Positions 42,450 to 51,630 are shown, counted from the first letter of the stretch. The stretch: DNA of 64,000 nt from Candidatus Bathyarchaeota archaeon (GCA_963828195.1 CAWHDT010000001.1:192001-256000); one strand, 5' to 3'. Numbers and translations: made by a program. Notes: generated from the sequence alone by a model not told the origin.

Positions 42450-43673
42450 ATGGAGGCTTCTAGAGACTTCGTTTATCAAAAATTCTGCGAATACTACAGA
42501 GACCCCTCAAATATCATTCCTGGGCCAATTCTTCTTGGCCAAAGAGAGTTTGGCTATTTGCTTTTCAAGGAACGGTTTATGGTACGACATAGAAGGTTTG
42601 AAGGAATCAACGGTCTACGGTCAGTGCTGAACAAAACTGTTCCATCTGATGTTTATCATTCTTGCGCTTACTATGAAAACCCAGATTTTGACATGGACAA
42701 AAAAGGTTGGTTAGGTGCTGACTTAGTCTTCGACATAGACGCTGATCACATTCCAACTTCCTGCAACAAGATCCACGATGAATTCACCTGCACCAAATGC
42801 GGTTTTAGCGGGAGGGGAATAACTCCTGAAATCTGCCCGGCTTGCGAAGCAACAAAATTTGAAACCAAAACTTGGCCTTGCGAGCTATGCATAGACTCCG
42901 CTCGACAAGAAGCTGCTAAGTTAATTGATATGCTGGAGAATGATTTTGGTTTTTCTCCGGATGAGTTGCACGCGTTTTTTTCTGGACACCGTGGATATCA
43001 CGTGCATGTTGAGAATGAAGCTATACGTTCATTAGATGCGATGGCACGGAAGGAAATCGTTGATTACGTTACTGGATTAGGCTTAAGTATACTTGATAAA
43101 GATGCAAAAGAAAAACGGGGAAAACGCGCGACTAAGAAATTTAATTTACATAACTTTGGCTGGAACAGGCGACTAAAAACAGGCATGCAAAATTTTCTCC
43201 TAAATGCAACTCAGGACGATTTGAAAGAAATTGGTTTAAAAAATAATGCCCTTTTGAAAAACAAAGAAGTTATCATTAAACGTTGCATTAATGATGGTCG
43301 ATGGGAAAGCATTAATGGGGTCAGTGTCAACACTTGGCTAAAACTAGCTGACCATGTGAGGGATTTGGAGTCCTCAAAAATTGATACGGTTGTCACAACT
43401 GATATTCACCGTTTAATCAGGATGAACGGCACCTTGCATGGTAAAACTGGGCTTAAAAAAGTGGAGTTTCCAGCGAAAAACCTTCAGGATTTTGACCCGT
43501 TCACCGGAGCGGTAGCTTTTAAAAAGGGCGAAGTAAAAGTGTTGGTCTCCGATGCTCCAGAGTTTAAGTTGAGGGGAGAAACGTTGGGTCCATACAAGAA
43601 CGAGACGAAAGAGTTGCCTGTTGCTGCGGCGGTTATGCTTATCTGTAAGGGAAGGGCTAAGGTGGCAAGCTAA
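42450..43673 (+). CDS. priS: DNA primase small subunit
   Basis: REFG, LVFDIDAD, SGHRGYH, IDTVVTTDIHRLIR. Confidence 0.95.
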   Translation: MEASRDFVYQKFCEYYRDPSNIIPGPILLGQREFGYLLFKERFMVRHRRFEGINGLRSVLNKTVPSDVYHSCAYYENPDFDMDKKGWLGADLVFDIDADHIPTSCNKIHDEFTCTKCGFSGRGITPEICPACEATKFETKTWPCELCIDSARQEAAKLIDMLENDFGFSPDELHAFFSGHRGYHVHVENEAIRSLDAMARKEIVDYVTGLGLSILDKDAKEKRGKRATKKFNLHNFGWNRRLKTGMQNFLLNATQDDLKEIGLKNNALLKNKEVIIKRCINDGRWESINGVSVNTWLKLADHVRDLESSKIDTVVTTDIHRLIRMNGTLHGKTGLKKVEFPAKNLQDFDPFTGAVAFKKGEVKVLVSDAPEFKLRGETLGPYKNETKELPVAAAVMLICKGRAKVAS

Positions 43674-44221
43674 TGTACAATGAACTTTACGTTGCATGGC
43701 GAAGAGAAATTGAAGAGGCTTCTATTGGATCTCTAAAGCCTGATTTCTACGCAAAAATATCGGATTACATGAGTCATATAAGAGAAGAGGACAGGGTGCT
43801 TGACAAAAAATCAGTAAAGGTGAACCTGCAGGAACATGAGGCACAGAACGCAACGCGAATGCTTGAGGAACTGCTTTGGGCAAGATATAAAAAACTTGTC
43901 AAAACTATAACTCAAAACCAGCAGGTGCCATCAGGGTTGTTAACGGTTGAAGAAACTAAGATTTGTGAAAGTTTTGTCACATTCTCTGGCGCCTACCAAA
44001 AGTTCGCTAAAGATCTAATGCAGGGTCAAGCCGTTAGGGTAGAAGCCGAGGTGAGCCGTAAACGGATGACTCTGAGGTTTGCAAAAAGTACTCCCGCCAT
44101 TATTGGATTTGACATGAAAACTTACGGACCATTCATGGTTGAGGATGTTGCCTCTTTGCCTATTGAGAATGCAAAGATTTTGATTAAACAGGGTTTAGCC
44201 GTGTTGGTCGAGGTATCCTGA
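43673..44221 (+). CDS. gins51: GINS subunit Gins51
   Basis: L.PDFY, C-terminal B-domain PAIIG.DMKTYGPF..EDVASLP..NA..L; follows priS. Confidence 0.88.
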   Translation: MYNELYVAWRREIEEASIGSLKPDFYAKISDYMSHIREEDRVLDKKSVKVNLQEHEAQNATRMLEELLWARYKKLVKTITQNQQVPSGLLTVEETKICESFVTFSGAYQKFAKDLMQGQAVRVEAEVSRKRMTLRFAKSTPAIIGFDMKTYGPFMVEDVASLPIENAKILIKQGLAVLVEVS

Positions 44222-45259
44222 GGTTTCTGTGCCTACCGCTGATTTTCTACTTTTTCTTTTTTGCCATAAACCTTGGCTAACAAGAATGATTAACGGATAA
44301 GACACAATCCATGCTATCGCGTAAAGTGGGCCATAGTAGAAATGGAACATTTGCACTTGGTTCGAGTTAATGCCGTACTGCATGCCAATGTCAAAGATGG
44401 TGACTATGCGCATGACATTTATGAAATATGTTACGGTTGCGCCAATGATGAAGTATCCTGCTTTGGCTTTCCAAGAAATTTGCATTTGCTGTAAAAACAC
44501 CAAAACAACAGCGGTGTAAATAAGAAAGCTTTCGATACCCGCACAAGGCCAAGCGATCGCGAATTTAGCTGTTCCTAATGGTCCCGTCGCTTGCAGGGTT
44601 GGCATACCATTTTGTGTTACCATCGAAGTTGTACATCCCATAAAGTCTAGGACGCGGGCGGCAAGTGTAGCCGTCGTTGGAACCAATATTTGGAATGGAG
44701 TAAACTCTCCGTAGGGAAAAACATTGTCGATAGTATAAATCACTCCGACTAACGCGACAAACACGGCAGGTAAAACAAAACCCTTTAAACCCTTCTTTCC
44801 AAAAGACAGGAAAATACCTAAGCAAAAAAGAACTGAGAAAACAAGGTATTCAACTGCAAGAGGCATTGAATCGTAAAAGGCGACGCCGTTTTGCAAGGAA
44901 AAGTTTGCGATCGCAGCATTTAACCCTAAATAATACTCCGAAAGCACAAAAAGCGTTGGAAGCAGCAATGCCACAGTGACGGCGGCGAGTTTTGTTTTGT
45001 TTTGTTTGCTTATTTTTGACTTGAAGATTTCCCAATTAAGAATAAACTCCAGCGCGATTAACCATATAAAAAACAACTCGAAAGTTCTGCCCTTCCACAT
45101 CACCTGAAAAGAATCTTGAGCGCTAAGATTAAGATATGGATCAGCTGGGTTAAGCCCAAACAACAGAGCCAATGGAGCGACGAAAGCGATCAGCGGCAAG
45201 AGTTTAACGATGACATCAACGTCAACACGCTGCCTAACCCTCTGAGCAACACTTACCAT
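44195..45259 (-). CDS. Archaeosortase/exosortase family transpeptidase
   Basis: Multi-TM; Cys-Arg-His triad motifs IAWPCAGIES, INVMRI, FHFYYG. Confidence 0.85.
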   Translation of the reverse strand: MVSVAQRVRQRVDVDVIVKLLPLIAFVAPLALLFGLNPADPYLNLSAQDSFQVMWKGRTFELFFIWLIALEFILNWEIFKSKISKQNKTKLAAVTVALLLPTLFVLSEYYLGLNAAIANFSLQNGVAFYDSMPLAVEYLVFSVLFCLGIFLSFGKKGLKGFVLPAVFVALVGVIYTIDNVFPYGEFTPFQILVPTTATLAARVLDFMGCTTSMVTQNGMPTLQATGPLGTAKFAIAWPCAGIESFLIYTAVVLVFLQQMQISWKAKAGYFIIGATVTYFINVMRIVTIFDIGMQYGINSNQVQMFHFYYGPLYAIAWIVSYPLIILVSQGLWQKRKSRKSAVGTETSGYLDQHG

Positions 45260-45391
45260 AAATGTTCAATACCCTTAATTCAATATCATAAACTAACACT
45301 TTTTCAACCTAAAAAAGCATACGTCGCCGCATCAATCAATGAGGAACTTCTTTGAAGAGAGCAGAATCTCAAATCCAATATCATAAAAAAA

Positions 45392-45419
45392 GGCGACTGG
45401 GAGGGGATTCGAACCCCAC
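45392..45419 (-). pseudogene. Degenerate tRNA 3'-end fragment (att-like)
   Basis: Minus strand GTGGGGTTCGAATCCCCTCCCAGTCGCC (T arm plus acceptor 3' strand); no 5' half seen. Confidence 0.6.
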
Positions 45420-45686
45420 GTTACCTGTAAAATAAGCTGCGTTTGAGGAATTAATGAATTAAATTAAGGAACGAGTTTGGCATAAAAGTTCGTACAATTC
45501 TGAACTGAGAATCCCTGACTCTGTAGGTGTTGGCGAGAAACATTGCCATAACTCCACTTTCGAGTCGCCCTCCTCAGGTTCCCACTGTGCGAACGAAAAT
45601 CAAGAGTTTCCTGCAGCCATCTCTTTAATTTCGTCGGTATAACAAATTTTTATTGTGAATAACCGGTACATTGTTAAGGATTGTTT

Positions 45687-46472
45687 TTAATTTGTTTGAG
45701 CGTTATTCCATATTTTTTCAAAGTAGGCTTCTGCTAGTTTCACAATATGCGAACTATTTGTCCAAAAGCTGGGTACTGGTACTGGATTTTCGGATATCAT
45801 TACAGTCACTTCTTTTTTATCAAATATGTGCATTCCAAATTGAACATCTTCTTGGGATACGCATCTGAGTTCAAAGAGGGGATTTTTCAATAATTGTTTT
45901 GGATTCTTAACCATTGGTTCTTCATTATTTTTGGGCCCAACAGTTCGAATTTTTACGCCTCTCTTTATCGCCCGCTTGATGTATGGGAACTCGCGAAGTA
46001 ATGTTTTCTCATCAATTTCTAAGCAAAAAACAAAATCAATACTTTCTTTTGATAAATCAGCCAATTTGTCGTGCGTTTTTTGAAGAAGGTTTAATTGAGA
46101 AGTAATTGTGAACTCTGTTTTTTCAATCGTAACATTTGTGTTTTTATTTTCAGAAAAGGAATCGAAAATTTTTATTGCTTGCTTTTCTTTTTCAAGATAC
46201 GCGCTCTTTTCGTTTTCAAGCAGAATGGCTAGGCCTTCCTTAATTGAGGTGGCTTTATACATTGTTGGTTTAGCTATTATTTTTTCAACAAGACCTTTTT
46301 CTTGGAGCTCAGTTAGTAATCGATAAACGTCTTGGGAAGCCACTTTTGCTGCTTTAGCGGCTGCTCTTCCTGTTGAAGCGCCAGATCTGACAAGAGCCAA
46401 GTAAACTTTTGCCTGCATTACTGTAAGCCCTAAATTAAGTAGCGCTTGAATAGATTGATCTATTGACTGCAT
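45687..46472 (-). CDS. TrmB family transcriptional regulator
   Basis: LGLTVMQAKVYLAL...DVYRLLTELQEKGLVEK; PLD-like effector domain IFDKKE. Confidence 0.9.
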   Translation of the reverse strand: MQSIDQSIQALLNLGLTVMQAKVYLALVRSGASTGRAAAKAAKVASQDVYRLLTELQEKGLVEKIIAKPTMYKATSIKEGLAILLENEKSAYLEKEKQAIKIFDSFSENKNTNVTIEKTEFTITSQLNLLQKTHDKLADLSKESIDFVFCLEIDEKTLLREFPYIKRAIKRGVKIRTVGPKNNEEPMVKNPKQLLKNPLFELRCVSQEDVQFGMHIFDKKEVTVMISENPVPVPSFWTNSSHIVKLAEAYFEKIWNNAQTN

Positions 46473-46597
46473 AACAGTCTTCTACCGCAACTACCCCCTT
46501 TTATATAACTTGACTTTTAAGTTTTTCCAATAAAGCATCGTTTTGTCAAAAATAATCGCCAGAACTGTCGATGGCTAACTTTTTTGTCTTCATAAAG

Positions 46598-46634
46598 TTG
46601 GTAGTCGAAGTGGCTTACGGTGATGTTTTAAAAA
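46598..46634 (+). promoter_or_regulatory. TTGGTAGTCG-N6-CTTAC motif plus TATA box
   Basis: One of four copies, each just upstream of a TATA-like box. Confidence 0.7.
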
Positions 46635-46681
46635 CGATTTTGCAATGATTTTAGGCATCGAACAAAAAGGAAAGAAAAAAA

Positions 46682-49336
46682 ATGCTAAAAACAAAAAACA
46701 GAATTGTAACTATTGTGATTGCTATATTCTTAATGATTTCAATATCAGCTTCAGTGATGCTCATGCCAACTGCTAAAGCACAATCAACGATTCCAATAAA
46801 CATTACAACGTACGCTTACGTTTGGGCTGCACCAAGCACTATAGGCGTCGGTCAGACAGCGGTCATATATATTTGGCTTACCGCGACATTGCCTGGCGCA
46901 GCACTAGGCAATGACATTCGTTTCCACAACTACGAGTGCACAATTACTGCGCCTAACGGTGCGACGGAAACAAAGACTTTCGCTGTTATCTCAGATCCAA
47001 CATCCTCTCAGCAATTTTCCTACACTCCCAGCCAAGTCGGCACGTACACCTTTAACTTTACTTTTCCAGGACAGGTATACAACTATAACGAAACAGTCTC
47101 GATGATGGGTATGCAAAGCAGTACAAGTATGTATGTAGGCGATTATTATGAGCCCAGCAATGCATCAGCAACCCTTACTGCGCAGCAAACAGCGCTATCT
47201 GCCATACCTTACAATCCGCTTCCGACACAGTACTGGACACGACCAATATACGGTACAAACTCTAACTGGTACACGATTTCGTCAAACTGGCTCGGCACTG
47301 GGTCTCCGCCGATACAATCCTTAAATTTTGGATATGCTTTCTACGTTTCTGATGCTATTGGGTCTCAAACTAGCCATATCATGTGGACCACACCGCTTCA
47401 AAGTGGAGGAGTCGTTGGAGGAAACGACACTGCTATACCTGGAGACACATATTTCGAGGGTTCCGCATATATTAATAGATACGGCAATCCGATAATACTT
47501 GACGGTATGCTTTACTACACGGCGCCCTTGTCATTCGCAAGTGCCAGTGGCGGAGCAACTTACTGTGTTAATCTGCAAACAGGGCAACTTATTTGGAGCA
47601 GCACTACTATAATTCCGCCATCCTTCGGTTTACTATATGACCAGCAAGACCCCAACCAACATGGCGTTTGGCCACCAATCATAGTCGCCAGCGGCGGCGG
47701 ATTTGGCTCTATAGTTCCTCCAGGGACTTGGATAGCGTATGATGGAGATACAGGCGACTGGCTGTTCAACATGACTAACGTTCCCACAGGTACATCGGTG
47801 CTTGGTCCGAGTGGTGAAATCTTGACTTATGTCTTGGCAAACGATGGCACTCCTACGAAGCCACAGTATTATTTGAGTGAGTGGAACTCTTCTAGCCTCT
47901 TCTTTGCTGAGGGCTCTTTGTCACCAACAATTCAAGGGACAGTTGTCAATGCGAACGTTCCAAGCGCTTATGACTGGAACGTTTCGGTATCAGCGCTCAA
48001 TACGTTAGCAACCTCAGCCATCGCATTCCCCACCATAGTCGCAGCTTACTATGACGATATGATGCTTTGCTACAATGGCACTCTGCCTTCTGCCGGTACA
48101 ACGTTTTATGCACAAAGCTGGACGCCCTACACATACTTCGCTGTCAACCTCAACCCAAGTGAAGGCACAGTCGGCTCGGTATTATGGATGCAAACAGAGC
48201 AACCGCCAGCGGGAAACATCACTGTTCTAGAAGGCGGACACGACCAAAATGTCTTCATTGAATTATATAAGGAAACTATGCAGTATGTAGGATACAGCAT
48301 GGCTACAGGCGCGAAACTTTGGGGTCCAACTGCATCTCACCCAGCTCTTGACTACTATGGCAACGATTTTGGAGGCAATTTAAACGCTCAGGTTGCTTAC
48401 GGCGACGTCTACAGTGTCGGATTCGCAGGAATACTCTACTGCTATAATGAGAAGACTGGCGATGTACTGTGGACTTACGGTAACGGCGGCGAAGGTAACA
48501 GTACTTATGCGGGTTTAAACAACTATTACGGTGTTTACCCCACTTTCATAACTGCTATTGGCAACGGAATAATATATACAGAGACCACTGCGCACACTAT
48601 TGAAACACCAATTTACAAAGGTGCATTAACACGGGCTATCAACGCCACAACCGGAGCAGAACTATGGACTCTCTCAGACTACACTGGCGGCGGAGGCTCA
48701 ACCACAAGTTACGCAATTGCAGATGGCTATACAACATTCTTCAACGGCTACGACAACCAGATCTACGTTGTTGGCCAAGGACCCAGTGCAACTACAGTCA
48801 CGGCTTCACCGTCGGTTCAAACATTCGGAGATAATGTACTTATCCAAGGGTCAGTGATGGATATTTCGGCTGGTACAAAGCAAAATGAGCAGGCAGCTGA
48901 CTTTCCAAACGGCGTTCCATGCGCATCAGACGCAAGCATGGCCCAGTGGATGGGCTACGTTTATCAGCAGCAGCCAATGCCAACCAACTTTACCGGCGTC
49001 CAAGTGCAAATCAGCGTCTTAGACTCCAACGGCAACTACAGAAACATCGACACAGCAACAACAGACACAAGCGGCACCTACCGCCTCACATGGACACCTA
49101 ACATCGCGGGCAACTACACAGTATTCGCATCTTTCGCCGGCAACAACGGTTACTATCCATCATCCGCGGAAACTGGCTTTAACGTGATGAACGCACCTTC
49201 AGCTACCGTTGCACCTACCGCATCTCCGACTTCTGTCGCTGACTTGTACTTTGTTCCTGCAATCACTGGGCTATTCGTCTTGATCATCGTAGTAGCTATC
49301 GTACTAGCTCTATTGATGCTACGGAAAAAACCATAA
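46682..49336 (+). CDS. Secreted, C-terminally anchored PQQ-like beta-propeller surface protein (paralog 1)
   Basis: Signal peptide, TG..LW propeller repeats, Ig-like domains, Thr/Pro linker, TM helix and RKKP tail. Confidence 0.85.
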   Translation: MLKTKNRIVTIVIAIFLMISISASVMLMPTAKAQSTIPINITTYAYVWAAPSTIGVGQTAVIYIWLTATLPGAALGNDIRFHNYECTITAPNGATETKTFAVISDPTSSQQFSYTPSQVGTYTFNFTFPGQVYNYNETVSMMGMQSSTSMYVGDYYEPSNASATLTAQQTALSAIPYNPLPTQYWTRPIYGTNSNWYTISSNWLGTGSPPIQSLNFGYAFYVSDAIGSQTSHIMWTTPLQSGGVVGGNDTAIPGDTYFEGSAYINRYGNPIILDGMLYYTAPLSFASASGGATYCVNLQTGQLIWSSTTIIPPSFGLLYDQQDPNQHGVWPPIIVASGGGFGSIVPPGTWIAYDGDTGDWLFNMTNVPTGTSVLGPSGEILTYVLANDGTPTKPQYYLSEWNSSSLFFAEGSLSPTIQGTVVNANVPSAYDWNVSVSALNTLATSAIAFPTIVAAYYDDMMLCYNGTLPSAGTTFYAQSWTPYTYFAVNLNPSEGTVGSVLWMQTEQPPAGNITVLEGGHDQNVFIELYKETMQYVGYSMATGAKLWGPTASHPALDYYGNDFGGNLNAQVAYGDVYSVGFAGILYCYNEKTGDVLWTYGNGGEGNSTYAGLNNYYGVYPTFITAIGNGIIYTETTAHTIETPIYKGALTRAINATTGAELWTLSDYTGGGGSTTSYAIADGYTTFFNGYDNQIYVVGQGPSATTVTASPSVQTFGDNVLIQGSVMDISAGTKQNEQAADFPNGVPCASDASMAQWMGYVYQQQPMPTNFTGVQVQISVLDSNGNYRNIDTATTDTSGTYRLTWTPNIAGNYTVFASFAGNNGYYPSSAETGFNVMNAPSATVAPTASPTSVADLYFVPAITGLFVLIIVVAIVLALLMLRKKP

Positions 49337-49386
49337 AAACGCCAAACAAAAAATCAACTTTCCCCTTTTTTAGTCCTAAAAAAAGC

Positions 49387-49529
49387 ATTGGAGAAGAGAA
49401 ATGGGGGCTGAGTAGGCTCTGGTAGAATTAACAAAAAGCAATTGCCTTTAGCAAGCACTTGCATTTTTCTTTTCTCCTAAAGAAAGATTCCAGAGCCTCA
49501 GCAAACCCCTAATTTTCTATGTCACCAAT
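49387..49529. ncRNA. Conserved long stem-loop 3' of paralog 1
   Basis: Nested pairings ATTGG/CCAAT, GGGG/CCCC, GCTG/CAGC, AGGCTCTGG/CCAGAGCCT; homolog at 60426-60539. Confidence 0.5.
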
Positions 49530-49577
49530 CGCTTCTTGTCTTTTTTAAAAAACATGGTTGAAAACTTATTACTAAAT

Positions 49578-49600
49578 TGGCGCCGGGGAAGGGATTCGAA
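49578..49600 (-). pseudogene. tRNA(Ser-like) 3'-end fragment (att-like)
   Basis: Minus strand TTCGAATCCCTTCCCCGGCGCCA; similarity stops exactly at the T-loop TTCGAA; no matching GCCGGGG 5' end before rpl44e. Confidence 0.7.
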
Positions 49601-49762
49601 GGTCTCCGAGAACGAGGTCTATTGGCTATACCCCATTTTGGCTTAGCCATCTGCGCTTCTGTATTTCGACGTCAGCCATCCGCTCCGCCCCTTAAGCCTC
49701 CATAAGATCGTCGCGTCAGTTGGTTAAAAAAAGCTCTATTGTCTAGACAAGTGATCTTGCTG

Positions 49763-50022
49763 AAAGTCGCAAGCCGCATAAGCCTCAATTCTAACTCTGA
49801 TGAGACTCCCAAAATCCACGCAAGCCCGAACCAGCCTGGCAACAAAAGCCGTTGCGCCCGTAACCGACAATAACTTTAACATAGCGTCAACATTGAAAGT
49901 CGCAATCCGCCCATACAAAAGTCGCAACACGCAAACCCCTTCAAACCCCAAACCAAAAAAGCAACACAAAACGCAAACAGCCACCTGCGAAAGTCGCAAC
50001 TTAGCCGTAGCCAAAGTCGCAA
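49763..50022 (+). repeat. Five direct repeats of AAAGTCGCAA
   Basis: Copies at 49763, 49896, 49918, 49990, 50013. Confidence 0.85.
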
Positions 50023-50139
50023 CTTAAAAAATCTAAATCCCGCTAAAACCCTTTTTCGAAAAAACAAGATTTTCAGCGCATAAGTGAAAAAGTATAAGAA
50101 TGCCGATGTTTCTTTTATGCAAAGCTGGTAGTGAAATAG

Positions 50140-50415
50140 GTGAACGTTCCTAAAGAAGTCAAAACTTACTGTCCGAAATGTAAAGTGCATCAACTTCACA
50201 GTGTAACCCTCTACAAGCCTGGAAAACGCAGGGCCTTAGCTCACGGTGAACGCCACCACGAAAGAGAAAAGAAGGGTTACGGTGGACAAAAATATCCTCT
50301 TCAGAGAGAATTCGCGAAAACAACCAAAAAACAAACCCTGCGGTTGAAATGCAAAGTCTGCAATTACATGAGGCACAAAGACGGTATTCGCCTCAGAAAA
50401 CTAGTCATACAATAA
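50140..50415 (+). CDS. rpl44e: 50S ribosomal protein L44e
   Basis: TYCPKC, GYGGQ, KTTKK..LRLKC..C. Confidence 0.96.
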   Translation: MNVPKEVKTYCPKCKVHQLHSVTLYKPGKRRALAHGERHHEREKKGYGGQKYPLQREFAKTTKKQTLRLKCKVCNYMRHKDGIRLRKLVIQ

Positions 50416-50432
50416 TTTAGGTGAAAAATGTT

Positions 50433-50630
50433 ATGTCTGAATGGAGCAAACTTATCCCAAAACCAAGAAGCGTCTTCCTTAGAGTCAAATGCTCAAAATG
50501 CGGCAACGAACAATTAATCTTCAGCAACGCTGTCAACAAAATAACCTGTAACGTATGTGGAGAAACACTCGCTGAACCCTCTGGCGGAAGAGCAAAAATC
50601 AAAGGCGAAGTACAAGCGGTTCTCGAATAA
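50433..50630 (+). CDS. rps27e: 30S ribosomal protein S27e
   Basis: PKPRSVFLRVKC..C.NEQLIFS...C..C...PSGGRA. Confidence 0.96.
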   Translation: MSEWSKLIPKPRSVFLRVKCSKCGNEQLIFSNAVNKITCNVCGETLAEPSGGRAKIKGEVQAVLE

Positions 50631-50644
50631 GGGATGGCGTATTA

Positions 50645-50689
50645 ATGGCTGAGCGTAAGCCAAACAGCACTTTTAGAAGGGAAAAATAG
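50645..50689 (+). pseudogene. Probable aIF2-alpha deletion scar (MAERKPNSTFRREK*)
   Basis: 14-codon ORF occupying the aIF2-alpha slot between S27e and Nop10. Confidence 0.6.
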
Positions 50690-50860
50690 TTGGTTTGGCA
50701 ATTACGCAAATGTGTAAACTGCGAAAAATACACACTTAACAAAAAAAGTTGCCCTTACTGTGGGGGGCCAGTTCGAATTCCGCATCCGCCCAAATTTTCG
50801 CCTGATGATAAATACTTAAAATATCGAATGGCCATGAAAAGGAGTTGCGCAACCAAATGA
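50690..50860 (+). CDS. nop10: H/ACA RNP protein Nop10
   Basis: Hand translation MVWQLRKCVNCEKYTL...CPYCGG...PHPPKFSPDDKY.KYR (56 aa, below track cutoff). Confidence 0.93.
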   Translation: MVWQLRKCVNCEKYTLNKKSCPYCGGPVRIPHPPKFSPDDKYLKYRMAMKRSCATK

Positions 50861-51630
50861 AAGAAACCTACATCAAGGAATTTGTCCAGGTTGAACCAAA
50901 TAATCCTATTCTCATTGAGGGTCTTCCAGGTTTAGGGCTTGTCGGTAAAATCGCCCTTCGCTACATGATCAAACAGTTAAAACCCAAAAAGATCGCTTAT
51001 CTCTACTCACCGCATTTCCCATACTTTGTCCTTGTTAACAAAAAAGGCAACGTTCGCCTTTTAAGAGGCGCATTCTACTATTACCAAAATCCAAACGGAT
51101 CAAACGATCTGATTCTATTCACCGGCGATAGCCAATCGCAAACAATAGAGGGACAATACGAAATCGCAGACCGACTGCTTGACTTCTCAGAAAAATACAA
51201 AGTTAAAACAATCGCAACCATCGGCGGCTACCGAATGGAGCCAAAAGAAAAACCGAAAGTTTTCATAGCCGCAACTTCACAGGAAATCTTGGACAAAGCA
51301 CTGCAAGCAGGCGCAACGCTAAGCACTTCAGGAAGCCCCATTGTTGGAACAGCAGGATTAATACTTGGCTTAGCCAAATTCAAAAAAATAAACGCGCTCT
51401 GTCTACTGGGTGAAACACGCGGTTACCTCCCTGACCCTCTTGCGGCAAAAAGCGTCTTAGAAGTTTTGAAATCAACCTTCAACTTCGACTTAGACCTAAA
51501 GGGTTTGGATGAGGAAATTGCCCGAGCAGAAACAATGGTAACTCGTCTACAGCAAATTGAAGAAAAACGAGCCTTGCAAGCTGAACAAACCCGTAAAGAA
51601 GAGGACAAAAAAACCACTTACATCTCCTAA
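50857..51630 (+). CDS. PAC2 family proteasome assembly chaperone
   Basis: LIEGLPGLGLVGKIA, GDSQ, IGGY, CLLGET.GY.PDP. Confidence 0.9.
   Translation: MKETYIKEFVQVEPNNPILIEGLPGLGLVGKIALRYMIKQLKPKKIAYLYSPHFPYFVLVNKKGNVRLLRGAFYYYQNPNGSNDLILFTGDSQSQTIEGQYEIADRLLDFSEKYKVKTIATIGGYRMEPKEKPKVFIAATSQEILDKALQAGATLSTSGSPIVGTAGLILGLAKFKKINALCLLGETRGYLPDPLAAKSVLEVLKSTFNFDLDLKGLDEEIARAETMVTRLQQIEEKRALQAEQTRKEEDKKTTYIS

Noticed and set aside
45490-45620. Cobalamin-riboswitch-like words (GGGAA, GAGTCAGG) on the minus strand
   Set aside because: Core B12-box and GCAACTGT elements missing, and no plausible downstream regulated gene
49578-49700. Intact intron-containing tRNA-Ser(CGA)
   Set aside because: A TCGA and intron-sized gap exist, but acceptor 5' strand, D arm and T-stem 5' strand cannot be paired; treated as a fragment
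49763-50022. CRISPR array
   Set aside because: Repeats only 10-17 bp with irregular spacing; no cas genes
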